A stretch of DNA of 64,000 nucleotides, taken from assembly GCA_043745805.1 (NCBI GenBank), contig JAYTSD010000045.1:134081-198080 (forward strand), given 5' to 3'. The first letter of the stretch is position 1, and the number at the start of each line of letters is the position of its first letter. The position numbers and the translations under genes are program-made. Source of the stretch: Fibrobacteria bacterium. GTDB taxonomy: Bacteria > Fibrobacterota > Fibrobacteria > UBA11236. Below, piece by piece: positions 18,107 through 28,000 of this stretch. The notes under the pieces were generated by a model, which saw only the letters and a program-made list of their open reading frames with translations, made no database searches and was not told the origin of the DNA.

Positions 18107-19875
18107 AAACTCTGAAAAAAATAATTTGGATTTATTTGGCTTGTTGCCTAGAACTTGCATTTGCCAGGCCGCATAAAGAAGAAATAAAAAAAGTCAACAA
18201 GTTCGACATGCATAAAGAATTAAATAACTCTGCGGTATTAAAAGCCATGGGTAATGAATTAAAACGCTCGGTGGATAGTTTACGCATTGGTGGCATTGCA
18301 CCATACTTTACCAGTTACCTGCTTTGGGATTTGCATTCTTATCAATTACAAAGCTCATTGGGCGTGACGGAAAATGCGGGTTATGACAATCAAAAAATTT
18401 TGGATGTCGATTTACGCATTGGTAATTATCAACTCGACAATAGTAACTTTCAAGGCGGTTATGTTTTTGGCCCTCGCCTACGCGCCCCTTTGCCGGAAGG
18501 CAATGATACCAATTTAATTCGACAAGCCTTATGGGCTATGACCGATGCCCGTTATAAAGTGGCTTTGGAACAGTATGCACAAAAAAAAGCTTATATTAGT
18601 GGACATAATGGTTATGATACCCTGCTCGATTTCTCACCGCAAAAGCCACAGCAAAATTATTATAGTGAAGAACCTACGGTATTGGATACCGCATCGATTC
18701 GTAAATTAAGTGATGCCTTAAGCGGTCATTTACGCAAAACTCCTTGGCTCGCCGAATCTCGCGTAGCTTATCAATATTATTATACCACTTTTTATTATGT
18801 CGATTCCGAAGGCAGCCGTTATATATTCCGCACGCGTGAGCATACTTTTTTGGTTTCGCTTTTAGTACAAGCCAGCGATGGCGCACCGATTTGGGATTAT
18901 TTACGCATTTCTTCGCGTAACCCACATGATACGGAAACGGATATTGATTTAAGCAAGCCATTTAGTGAAAAGGTTTTGTCTCAATTAAAGGTAAGGGTCG
19001 ATAGCTTGGTGAAGCGTTTAGATAAACTTCGGCAAAGTCCACCCATGATTAATTATCGGGGGCCAGTTCTATTTGCCGGAGCCGCAGCGGGAGAGCTTTT
19101 GCAAAATGTTTTATTAACGCCACAAACCACATTACGTGAACCCGTATCCAATTATGCGGAGCAAAATTTTTTACTGAATTTGTGGGGACGCAAATATTTA
19201 CCTAATGACATTGATGTTACGGATAATCCTTTACGCGAAAGTTATGCAGGAAAAATGCTTTATGGTTATTATCCCTTTGATCATCAAGCGCAAGCGCCTC
19301 AGGCCATAACCTTGGTCAAAAATGGAAAAATTGTAGACTTTTTTCGCGGACGCATCCCTTTTGAAAAATCCAAACCGGCTAGCGAAGGCTTTAGCAATGG
19401 GCATTGGCGTTATAATGGCGGTTTTCCTGGGGTAACCGAATTAAGCTCTAAGCAAAAAAAATCCGAGCAAGGGTTGATCGCTAAGCTTAAGACTTTAAGC
19501 ACGGAAGAAGGAATTGAATACGCTTTGATTTTATCAAAGCCAATCGATGAAGATGCTTTGCGTTTATTAAGACATCCTTTGGCAAATTCTTTTCGCAATT
19601 CGGGAAATGGGGATGGGCATTCCTCATTTAATATGTCTATTCCTTGTGAAATAGACAGCTTAAATTTTAAAACAGGAATGCGTATTCCGGTGCGCGGCTT
19701 AAGTTTTTCCGCAGTGGATTCTAAATCCTTAAGGCAAATTGTAGGAGTAGGGGATAAGCCACATGTGTATGAACCGCAAGCGGCGAGCACCATATTGTGC
19801 CCTTCGCTTTTATTCAGTCTTTTGGATTTAAAAGGCAATCAAAAAACTCAGGCGCATTTACCGTATTTGCCTTAG
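18103..19875 (+). CDS. TldE/PmbA-like partner subunit with signal peptide
   Basis: TldD/PmbA pattern (YRGPVLF, DNP, FD, SNGH, PSLLF) without HExxH; ATGA overlap with tldD; leader ending AFA. Confidence 0.7.
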   Translation: MKTLKKIIWIYLACCLELAFARPHKEEIKKVNKFDMHKELNNSAVLKAMGNELKRSVDSLRIGGIAPYFTSYLLWDLHSYQLQSSLGVTENAGYDNQKILDVDLRIGNYQLDNSNFQGGYVFGPRLRAPLPEGNDTNLIRQALWAMTDARYKVALEQYAQKKAYISGHNGYDTLLDFSPQKPQQNYYSEEPTVLDTASIRKLSDALSGHLRKTPWLAESRVAYQYYYTTFYYVDSEGSRYIFRTREHTFLVSLLVQASDGAPIWDYLRISSRNPHDTETDIDLSKPFSEKVLSQLKVRVDSLVKRLDKLRQSPPMINYRGPVLFAGAAAGELLQNVLLTPQTTLREPVSNYAEQNFLLNLWGRKYLPNDIDVTDNPLRESYAGKMLYGYYPFDHQAQAPQAITLVKNGKIVDFFRGRIPFEKSKPASEGFSNGHWRYNGGFPGVTELSSKQKKSEQGLIAKLKTLSTEEGIEYALILSKPIDEDALRLLRHPLANSFRNSGNGDGHSSFNMSIPCEIDSLNFKTGMRIPVRGLSFSAVDSKSLRQIVGVGDKPHVYEPQAASTILCPSLLFSLLDLKGNQKTQAHLPYLP

Positions 19876-19897
19876 CTATAAGATATACTGGATCAAA

Positions 19898-22357
19898 TTA
19901 AGGAATCTGTGAAGCCATGGCTTCTGGGCTAAATGCCCATAGTTGTGGCTTTTGGAAACTACTCCAACCTTTGATTAAATCTTCCAACCAACTTATTTGG
20001 GAAACGGGTTTAAAGGACACAGAGGCAAGACTACTGAGATTTAAATCCTCAAGCCCTGAAGTACTCGGAATATTTATAATATCCGCACCCTCATGGGCAG
20101 GGTAACCTGCGCGTCTTAAAGTTTCACTTATGGCTTCTTGCATTCCACCAAAGGCATCGGCTAATCCATTGGCAACAGCTTGTGTGCCCGTGAATACGCG
20201 GCCTTCACCTAAGCTGTCAATAGCGTCCCAAGTTTTATGTCTTCCCTTACTCACTTTTTCTACAAAGTCATGATAAAATTCATCCATATGATTATTTAAG
20301 GTTTGTAATTCTTGGGGAGACCAGGGCCTGGCTTCGCTTTCTGCATCTGCATGCGCTGCGGTTTTGACACCGTCGGTGCTGATGCCGAGTTTTTCGTATA
20401 AACCCTTGAGTACAAATTTACCGGATAAAACACCGATGCTACCCACGATGGAATTAGGTTCGGTGAAAACTTTGTCTGCACCGCATAAGGCATAATAGCC
20501 ACCCGAAGCGGCCACGTTACCTATGGTAGCGATTAAGGGCTTGCCGGTTTTTTTGAAAACTTCCAATTCATTCCAAATCAAATCCGAAGCTTGCGCCGAT
20601 CCTCCCGGAGAATTGATGCGTAAAATTAAACCTTTAATATTTTCATCTTCACGCGCAGCGCGAATTTGACGTGCTAAAGTTTCATGTCCAGCGGCATGTA
20701 AAAAAGGATTGTCGGTGCTTTGGCCCATAATAATATCGCCTTCGAGTACAATTAAAGCCAAACGCGGTTTGGGTTTCCATGAAGTAGGGTAAACGCCTTC
20801 GAAAGGAAAGGGATAAGCGTGTGCTTCGGGACCGCCGGCATATTCTAGCATTTGATCGGGTTGTAAAAGCGTATCCACCAAATGCGCGGCTACGGCTTTA
20901 TGCAAACTAATTTGCCCTGCATCAAAGAATTTTTGTAAGGAGTCGCGCGGTACCTTGCGTGCTACGGCAATCACTTCAATATAATGTTGCCATAATGATC
21001 CCATCAGCGAAGATAAATTTGCTCGCGCCTCCTCGGACAAGTTCTTGCGCGTAAAAGGTTCTTCAAAAGATTTATAACGCCCATGTCGTATAAATTGTGG
21101 CTCAATACCCGCTTTATCAAAAAGTCCGCGATAAAAACGCATTTCCGAGGAAAAACCTAAAATGTTAAAGTAACCTGCAGGTTGCAGGGCAATACGCTCT
21201 GCCGCGGTGGCGAGATAATAATTGAGGGGTGAAACTTCTTCTAAATAAGCTACCACATGTTTGCCTTCTGATCGTAAGCGTATAATTCTTTGATAGATTT
21301 CTTCACCGCTACCAAAACCACATTTGGCTTTGCCCAGTTTCAGTAAAACGGTATGGACACGCGGATTTTTATCTAAAGCATCAAAACGTCTTAATAAATC
21401 GAGGAAGGTGATTTCATTAGGTTTAGCAAATAAAGACGGCGCGGCAGCTTCTTCGGTAATGGTTTTGTTCAAATCTAAAATGGCGACTTCGCCGCCTTTC
21501 ACCAGAGCGGGTTGTTTTTGTAAACTGCTAGTTTGCATAGCTAATTCACGACTGTGCGCATGATGGATACGTGTTTTTTGATAAGCAATACCATATTCAG
21601 GGGTAACCTGTAAGCTAATCCCCAATTGAAAGTCGCGTCTTTTGCGATTCCAATCGCCATGCAAAGCAAAACCTAAAGGCAATTGAATATCTTGGAATAA
21701 GCTCCATTGTGCCTTATCCTGCAAGTCATTCAATCCATTTTGTTGCGAGCGCAAACCAATAGTCCATTTCGGTCCTAAACTTTTAGTAAAGCTTAATGGT
21801 CTAAATCCAATGGCGAAATGTGCAAAGCCGGAACTGTCGGTATCGCTTTGCCAAAGGTTTTCGGTAAAATAGCCTACTTTACACCAAGCACCCAATTCTA
21901 GCTGTACGCCTAAATCCCCACTGGCCGAATTGCCGCCATGATAGGGTATAGCATAACGGAAATGCCCTCCAATTTGCAAACTTGGGACAATAGAAAAGCC
22001 TAGCCCTAAATTTAAACGCGTGAGTGGGTTGTTTGGGCTTTGAAAATATTCCAAGCCCAAACCAGTCTCAGAAGATTGATAGCCATATATCCATCCTGGA
22101 GCGGTTGTGAATGAAGCGGGAGATGTGAGGGCATCGAGATAAGCAAGGTTTTGTACCACACCACGTTCTAGTCCTAAAGCCGCAGGATTTCCATAAACAC
22201 CTTGATCAACAGCGATGGCATTATGAGCATTACTGTAGAAGGAAGTCTCGAAAGCGGTTGAATGTTGTGGAGAAAAAAGCAAAAATATACCGGCTAAAGT
22301 CGAGAGACCTTGGATATATTTATTGATAATTGCAGAAAATGACTTGTTTTTTAGCAT
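19898..22357 (-). CDS. sppA: signal peptide peptidase SppA (S49, tandem domains) with a long N-terminal beta-rich extension
   Basis: RINSPGGSA, AASGGYY, GSIGV and GRVFTG motifs; N-terminal NPAALG and alternating beta strands. ATG at 22357 avoids overlap with the divergent gene. Confidence 0.88.
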   Translation of the reverse strand: MLKNKSFSAIINKYIQGLSTLAGIFLLFSPQHSTAFETSFYSNAHNAIAVDQGVYGNPAALGLERGVVQNLAYLDALTSPASFTTAPGWIYGYQSSETGLGLEYFQSPNNPLTRLNLGLGFSIVPSLQIGGHFRYAIPYHGGNSASGDLGVQLELGAWCKVGYFTENLWQSDTDSSGFAHFAIGFRPLSFTKSLGPKWTIGLRSQQNGLNDLQDKAQWSLFQDIQLPLGFALHGDWNRKRRDFQLGISLQVTPEYGIAYQKTRIHHAHSRELAMQTSSLQKQPALVKGGEVAILDLNKTITEEAAAPSLFAKPNEITFLDLLRRFDALDKNPRVHTVLLKLGKAKCGFGSGEEIYQRIIRLRSEGKHVVAYLEEVSPLNYYLATAAERIALQPAGYFNILGFSSEMRFYRGLFDKAGIEPQFIRHGRYKSFEEPFTRKNLSEEARANLSSLMGSLWQHYIEVIAVARKVPRDSLQKFFDAGQISLHKAVAAHLVDTLLQPDQMLEYAGGPEAHAYPFPFEGVYPTSWKPKPRLALIVLEGDIIMGQSTDNPFLHAAGHETLARQIRAAREDENIKGLILRINSPGGSAQASDLIWNELEVFKKTGKPLIATIGNVAASGGYYALCGADKVFTEPNSIVGSIGVLSGKFVLKGLYEKLGISTDGVKTAAHADAESEARPWSPQELQTLNNHMDEFYHDFVEKVSKGRHKTWDAIDSLGEGRVFTGTQAVANGLADAFGGMQEAISETLRRAGYPAHEGADIINIPSTSGLEDLNLSSLASVSFKPVSQISWLEDLIKGWSSFQKPQLWAFSPEAMASQIP

Positions 22358-22392
22358 AATTTTTCTTTTTTTAAATAAAACAAGGAAATACA

Positions 22393-22650
22393 TTGAACAT
22401 AGAAGTAGCAAAAAAAGTCAAAGAGATAATCGCAGAAGTGGTTGGTTTTGACACCAAAGATATCGGTGACGGTGATAAATTCATTCCCGATTATAAAATC
22501 ACTTATGCGGAACGCAAAGCCCTTCTGGCTCAATTAAATGATGCCTTTCAAAGGGAAACCAGTTTTGAAGATTTCTGCAAATTGGATAATGTGATGGCCG
22601 TAATAGAGGCTTATTCCACAGCGGCTACAAGCGCTGATTCCGAAGACTAA
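22393..22650 (+). CDS. acyl-carrier-protein-like small acidic protein lacking the DSL serine motif
   Basis: KVKEIIAEVVG..I....F..D pattern of ACP; DYKITYAE stands in place of DLGADSLD. AAGGA RBS and TTG start. Confidence 0.6.
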   Translation: MNIEVAKKVKEIIAEVVGFDTKDIGDGDKFIPDYKITYAERKALLAQLNDAFQRETSFEDFCKLDNVMAVIEAYSTAATSADSED

Positions 22651-22716
22651 GCTTAATTTTTTAAGCTTAAATTTTTTAATCCTCTTCATACTAATTGCTT
22701 TGAGTTAACCCTAAGA

Positions 22717-23313
22717 TTAGGGTTTTTCTTTTAGTTTCTGAAAATCAACGCATTCCATCGGCTCCAAACGGCTTGCAAATCCGGTTTTTCTTTGCGCGGT
22801 AGTAATTTTGGGTTCTAGCGTATAGCAAATACTCAAAGTATCCCCTGCATCGGTGGGAATAGTAAGGCGAATAATTTTTACATGTACATTCGAATTTTCT
22901 GGAAAAAATTCGCAATAGTCCATTTTGGATTTAATAAATACGCGCCGAATATTTTCATCGAAATTAATTTTCCCTTTAAAATTTTCTGGTAAATTAATCG
23001 GTAGGGTGCTTTCTAAACGTAATTCTAAATCATTATCCTTTTTAACAATTTTACCACCTTTAGGTAATAATAAGCTGCGATGCTCAGGATAGTTTCGATA
23101 AGCCATATAGCTGCGGGTTTTGACTCCACATACTTCGCGTAAATGGGCATCACGATTAAAATCTAAATCATGGCATATTTCTGGCATATCTTCGGGCGCT
23201 ATGGCGTCGCTATGTCCCTTATTTGATGCACAATTCCAAAACGCAAAACTCCAAATAAGCGTTGCCAAAAGACAAAGCTTGCGGAGAATTTTGTGGGTGG
23301 AAAAAATCTTCAC
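22717..23313 (-). CDS. hypothetical lipoprotein
   Basis: Basic then hydrophobic leader ending FWN-C; several Cys residues. Confidence 0.55.
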   Translation of the reverse strand: MKIFSTHKILRKLCLLATLIWSFAFWNCASNKGHSDAIAPEDMPEICHDLDFNRDAHLREVCGVKTRSYMAYRNYPEHRSLLLPKGGKIVKKDNDLELRLESTLPINLPENFKGKINFDENIRRVFIKSKMDYCEFFPENSNVHVKIIRLTIPTDAGDTLSICYTLEPKITTAQRKTGFASRLEPMECVDFQKLKEKP

Positions 23314-23366
23314 TTGAATTCCTAATGTGACCTTATTTTTTATTTCTATTATAACTCTTTACTAGG

Positions 23367-23885
23367 ATGTTGAGAGAAGATAATTATGCTCAGATTAAAC
23401 GGTGGGAAAAATCGCAACAACTTAAAACGTTGCAGAACGAGAACTTCTCTGGGCCTTTGGCGCTTTGCCCCTATCGTGACCACAGCGGAGAAATCGTTTC
23501 CCTTCCAGTGTTCATCGTCCGTATGTATCAAAAAGAACTATGCTGTGTCAAGCCCTGCTTGGTCCATAGCCCCTTGCTCCAAATTCCGCCGTATTGGATA
23601 ACTCGTCAAGGCATCGATTGGGAAAATTATTTACCTGCTATTTTAAAAGCCTATAGATACGACGCAGAAGTTCCTAGCGACTTTGTTCCGCTCCGAAAAA
23701 TTTCAGAAACATTATTAGCCAACTTTGAAAAATTATTGCCACGACAATTGCCCGAGGTTTTTCAAAAAATGCGGGACAATGGATTATTACGCAAACTCGA
23801 TCCACTTTTGCAAAACACTTACCCGTCCGTTTTAAATTGGGCTAATCGGAAAATGTATTTTCAGGATTTCAGAAAAAAAACCTAG
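23367..23885 (+). CDS. hypothetical protein
   Basis: 172-aa ORF filling the gap between two genes; no motif recognised. Confidence 0.5.
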   Translation: MLREDNYAQIKRWEKSQQLKTLQNENFSGPLALCPYRDHSGEIVSLPVFIVRMYQKELCCVKPCLVHSPLLQIPPYWITRQGIDWENYLPAILKAYRYDAEVPSDFVPLRKISETLLANFEKLLPRQLPEVFQKMRDNGLLRKLDPLLQNTYPSVLNWANRKMYFQDFRKKT

Positions 23886-23903
23886 GCCAAAAGATTATCG
23901 AGC

Positions 23904-24368
23904 TTAGGTATATCGAATGCTTACAATGGTGTACCGCTGTGGACCTTTAGGCGTTAATACCGTGATTTTAGCATTCGCTTTTTGGCCTAATAAAGCTTTG
24001 CCCAAAGGAGAATCCAGCGAGATTTTTCCCGCCAAAGGATCGATTTCTTCCGCACCTACCAATTGAATGGCCCACTCTTTACCATCGGCTTTTTGCAGAC
24101 TAATTTGCGCTCCAAAGAAAACGGTGTTTAAGTCTTTAGGTTTTGCGTCAACAACTGTACTATTAAGGATTTTGCTATCTAATTCGCGCAGTCGTTTATC
24201 AATTTCACGTAATTTTTTACGGCCATAAATATATTCTGCATTTTCGGATCTATCGCCTTGTGCCGCAGCAGCAGCAATTTCGATTAATAGTTTGGGGCGT
24301 TGCAATTTGAAGAGGTCATCCCACTCTAATTGCAGTTTTTCCAAACCTTGTTTGCTAATGGGAAGCAT
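23904..24368 (-). CDS. greB: transcription elongation factor GreB
   Basis: AAAQGDRSENAEYIYGRKKLREID and ISLDSPLGKAL motifs. Confidence 0.9.
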   Translation of the reverse strand: MLPISKQGLEKLQLEWDDLFKLQRPKLLIEIAAAAAQGDRSENAEYIYGRKKLREIDKRLRELDSKILNSTVVDAKPKDLNTVFFGAQISLQKADGKEWAIQLVGAEEIDPLAGKISLDSPLGKALLGQKANAKITVLTPKGPQRYTIVSIRYT

Positions 24369-24430
24369 TAGGAGCGCATAAAATTGTAAAAATGCCTGTT
24401 GCCTTGTTGTCCCATAAGGGAAATTAAAGG

Positions 24431-24503
<73 letters not shown>

Positions 24504-24552
24504 AACAGCGGTGTAAATTTAAGCGTATGGGCATTTTCTGTCAACCAATTCG

Positions 24553-24996
24553 TCACTTTTTCTTGACTGAAAACACAATAAGAATTCGATCCAAAGTGTC
24601 TCGAAATTTAAGATCGAGAGTTTCCTCGGTGAAGAGGGTTAATCTTAACATGCGGCGCGTATGAAAAAATTCTGCATGCTGTGAATCTTTTTCGCGATAA
24701 TAAAACTCTTCAATTTGACTGGCCTCAATAATTCCACCACGAATTTTGGTGAGTCGCATGGCAGGCTTGCCGGTATTGTAAAAATCAATAATGACTTTAC
24801 CTTTTTCATTTTTCCAAAAATGGGATCGCGTGGGTTGTCCTCTTAATAGAACTTGAATTAAATAACTTTCATTTCCCCCTTTGTCCTGCCTGTCTAAAAG
24901 CAGTTGTACAACCTGACATTCTGGTGTATCCACTTTCTCTTTTGGCTTTGGCAAATAGGTGTTAAACCCTCTAAAAGGGGGCTGTGAGGAGGCCAT
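24553..24996 (-). CDS. hypothetical exported protein (AMIN-like beta domain possible); may start at CTG 25122
   Basis: KVIIDFYNT and RLTL beta-strand pattern; frame stays open for 42 more codons with a hydrophobic leader ending LQA-Q. Confidence 0.5.
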   Translation of the reverse strand: MASSQPPFRGFNTYLPKPKEKVDTPECQVVQLLLDRQDKGGNESYLIQVLLRGQPTRSHFWKNEKGKVIIDFYNTGKPAMRLTKIRGGIIEASQIEEFYYREKDSQHAEFFHTRRMLRLTLFTEETLDLKFRDTLDRILIVFSVKKK

Positions 24997-25219
24997 GGTC
25001 GTTGAGGAGTTTGGAGAAATGGCACGGGAGGGTGCGGCCTCACCTTGATGTGGTGTTTGCGCCTGTAACCGACCAAAACTAAACCAGAGGTCGAAGACAA
25101 ATATCCATTTTATTAAGTTCAGAAGAAAACCTTATCTACATTTAATGAAATAATCAATTGTCCAGTTAGGGAGATGATATAAAAACATTTAAGCTTTTAC
25201 GCAATTTGGAAATATCAGT

Positions 25220-25894
25220 ATGAGCTTACAGATTAAGGCCATGTTTGATAATATTGCAAGAAAATATGATTTATTAAATCATGTTTTAAGTGCCGGTCGT
25301 GATTTAGCTTGGAGACGCAAAGCGGTGCGTTTATTGGCGAAACAAAATAATTCTCGAGTATTGGATTTATGTGGCGGAACGGGTGATTTTTTATTGGCTT
25401 GGAATAAAAATAATTCTTCCTTAGCCCTAGGTTTGATCGGTGATTTTTCCTTACCGATGTTACGCTTAGCGCAAATCAAAACGCATACTTTTTATGCGGC
25501 ACAAATCGATGCCTTAGCACCGGCGATCAAAGCAGGATCTTTTGACGTGGTTCTTTGTGGCTTTGGCATGCGTAATTTGGATTCTTTACCAGAAGGTATT
25601 CGCCAAGTCAAGCACCTATTGGCTCCAGGCGGAGTTTTTGTGACTTTGGAATTTTTTCGTCCGACCACCTTATTTACCCGATTTTTTTATGCGGTGTTTG
25701 CGCCGATGGCGATTCCAGCTATGGCAGTTTTATTAGCTTCACAAAAACAAGCCTATAAATACTTAGTGAGTTCCATTTTGGGTTTTCGTTCCGCCCAGGA
25801 ATATCAAAAATTATGCGAAGCAAATGGTTTTAAAAATTGTAAAATTGTGAGTTGTGATTTTGGTATCGCCCATATTATTTTGGCTTACGCTTAG
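25220..25894 (+). CDS. ubiE: ubiquinone/menaquinone biosynthesis C-methyltransferase
   Basis: MFDNIARKYDLLNHVLS, LDLCGGTGD and FGMRN motifs. Confidence 0.9.
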   Translation: MSLQIKAMFDNIARKYDLLNHVLSAGRDLAWRRKAVRLLAKQNNSRVLDLCGGTGDFLLAWNKNNSSLALGLIGDFSLPMLRLAQIKTHTFYAAQIDALAPAIKAGSFDVVLCGFGMRNLDSLPEGIRQVKHLLAPGGVFVTLEFFRPTTLFTRFFYAVFAPMAIPAMAVLLASQKQAYKYLVSSILGFRSAQEYQKLCEANGFKNCKIVSCDFGIAHIILAYA

Positions 25895-25914
25895 TATAGG
25901 CCTAGAAAGAGTGT

Positions 25915-26466
25915 ATGAGTAAGTTTTTAATTGGGATAACGGGTGCCTCCGGATCGATTTATGCGCAGCGTTTAATTGCGCATTTAAAAGATTTGCAACA
26001 TGAAGTGCATGTGGTGTGTACGGAAATGGGTAAAAAAGTTTGCGCTTTTGAAAAGATGGAATATGGCTTTGCTTTAGCAGATAAGGAGTATGACTCCAAA
26101 GATTTATTTGCGCCCGTATCGAGTGGCTCCTATCGGCATGATGGTATGGCCGTCATCCCTTGCTCTATGGGTAGTTTAGCAAAAATCGCTTGTGGCCTTG
26201 GTGACAATTTATTGACGCGCTCGGCGGATGTTTGTCTTAAAGAAAAACGCAAGCTCATTATTGTGCCACGTGAAACGCCTATGAGCAGTTTACATTTGCA
26301 GAATCAAAAAACTTTGTCGGATTTAGGTGCAGTTATTATTCCAGCGAGTCCGGCTTTTTATCATTTTCCTAAAACTATTGAAGATTTAGTGGATACCGTG
26401 CTGGCGCGTGTTATGGATCATTTGGGTGTAGAGCATGAAGTGGGAAAACGTTGGCGGAATATGTAA
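25915..26466 (+). CDS. ubiX: flavin prenyltransferase UbiX
   Basis: GITGASG, SSGS, PCSMGSLA, RSADV.LKE and PRETP motifs. Confidence 0.95.
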   Translation: MSKFLIGITGASGSIYAQRLIAHLKDLQHEVHVVCTEMGKKVCAFEKMEYGFALADKEYDSKDLFAPVSSGSYRHDGMAVIPCSMGSLAKIACGLGDNLLTRSADVCLKEKRKLIIVPRETPMSSLHLQNQKTLSDLGAVIIPASPAFYHFPKTIEDLVDTVLARVMDHLGVEHEVGKRWRNM

Positions 26467-26469
26467 AGC

Positions 26470-26511
26470 GCATTTTGTAGGGGCACAAAATTTTGTGCCC
26501 CTACAAAATGC
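26470..26511. terminator. perfect 42-bp palindrome between convergent ubiX and hemB (bidirectional terminator, REP-like)
   Basis: GCATTTTGTAGGGGCACAAAA|TTTTGTGCCCCTACAAAATGC. Confidence 0.75.
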
Positions 26512-26512
26512 T

Positions 26513-27538
26513 TTAAAAATTCTTTTGCGCTCTAATGATCTTAGCCATTTCAATGGCATAATAACTCAGAATAATATCAGCTCCAGCGCGTTTAATGCTG
26601 AGTAAAGCTTCTTCCATTGCTTTTTTCTCATCGAGCCAGCCCATTTTAGCTGCAGCCATAAGCATGGCGTATTCGCCACTGACTTGATAAGCCGCTACCG
26701 GCACATCTACCGCGGCTTTAACCTTGGCAATGATATCCAGATAAATCAAGGCGGGTTTTACCATGACAATATCTGCCCCTTCGGCAATATCCAATTTCAC
26801 TTCGCGCAAAGCTTCGCGCGTATTTGCTGGATCCATTTGATAAGTTTTTTTATCGCCATGTTTAGGGGCTGAGTCTAAGGCTTCGCGGAAAGGTCCATAA
26901 AACGCAGAAGCGTATTTAACTGCGTATGAAAGTATTCCCGTTTCGGTATAGCCATTTTCATCTAGTACCTTACGAATATAACCAATACGACCATCCATCA
27001 TGTCCGATGGGGCCACCATGTCCGCGCCCGCTTTGGCTTGGGCTAAAGCCATTTCGCCAAGTATGCGCAAGGTGATATCATTTAAGATGCGACCATTTTC
27101 CACATAGCCATCATGGCCATCGGAAGAATACGGATCCATAGCCACATCGGTGATCACGGTGATTTCCGGCACGGCATTTTTAATATCGGCAATGGTGGCT
27201 TGTAAAAGGCCATCGGGATTTAAAGATTCTGTAGCGGTTTTATCTTTTAACTTTTCCGGAAGGGCTGGGAAGAGGGCTATGGCGGGAATACCTAATTTAA
27301 AGGCTTCGCGCGCTTGTTTCACAATTAAATCGCGGCTATAACGAAATACGCCGGGCATGGAAGCAATGGCACTTTTAACATTTTTGCCCTCTACCACAAA
27401 TTGCGGCAAAATAAAATTAGAGGGTAACAAGGAGGTTTCGCGTAGCATGGAACGCAAGGCGGCGCTTTTACGATTACGTCTTGGTCTTTGGGTTAAAATA
27501 ATGCGAGTCGAGGAAAGATCATTTTGCAAATGCGACAT
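26513..27538 (-). CDS. hemB: porphobilinogen synthase (Asp-rich, non-Zn type)
   Basis: DVAMDPYSSDGHDG, APSDMMDGRI, YGPFREA, MVKP and YQVSGEY motifs. Confidence 0.97.
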   Translation of the reverse strand: MSHLQNDLSSTRIILTQRPRRNRKSAALRSMLRETSLLPSNFILPQFVVEGKNVKSAIASMPGVFRYSRDLIVKQAREAFKLGIPAIALFPALPEKLKDKTATESLNPDGLLQATIADIKNAVPEITVITDVAMDPYSSDGHDGYVENGRILNDITLRILGEMALAQAKAGADMVAPSDMMDGRIGYIRKVLDENGYTETGILSYAVKYASAFYGPFREALDSAPKHGDKKTYQMDPANTREALREVKLDIAEGADIVMVKPALIYLDIIAKVKAAVDVPVAAYQVSGEYAMLMAAAKMGWLDEKKAMEEALLSIKRAGADIILSYYAIEMAKIIRAQKNF

Positions 27539-27556
27539 TTTTTTCCTTTTATTCTT

Positions 27557-27958
27557 TTACAAATGAGCCCGAATTTGAGCGGCCGTAATTTTTAAGTCTT
27601 CTGGTGGGGCCGGTTTTGCGCGACTAAAAGTTAACTCGCTTTCGGCTTGCAGTGGCACTAAATGAATATGGGCATGCGGTACTTCAAAGCCTGCGATCAG
27701 GACACCAATGCGACGGCAGGAGAGGGCTAGCTTTTGTGCCTTAGCAATACGTTTGGCAAAAACCAAAATGCCTTCCAGCAAGAAATCTTCCACTTCAAAT
27801 AATTCATCGGTTTCGATTTTGGGTATAACGAGAACATGCCCAAGGTTAATGGGGCGAATATCCAAGAAGGAAAAGTAATTTTCATTCTCAAGAATTTTTT
27901 CACATGGAATTTCGCCTCGAATGAGGCGAGTAAAGAGAGTAGAAGCAGGAGCAGTCAT
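27557..27958 (-). CDS. HIT family protein
   Basis: FLDIRP..GHVLVIPK and HAHIH histidine triad. Confidence 0.92.
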   Translation of the reverse strand: MTAPASTLFTRLIRGEIPCEKILENENYFSFLDIRPINLGHVLVIPKIETDELFEVEDFLLEGILVFAKRIAKAQKLALSCRRIGVLIAGFEVPHAHIHLVPLQAESELTFSRAKPAPPEDLKITAAQIRAHL

Positions 27959-28000
27959 GAAATCCCCGTGGGTTGAGGAAAATTACCATTGCACGAAGTA

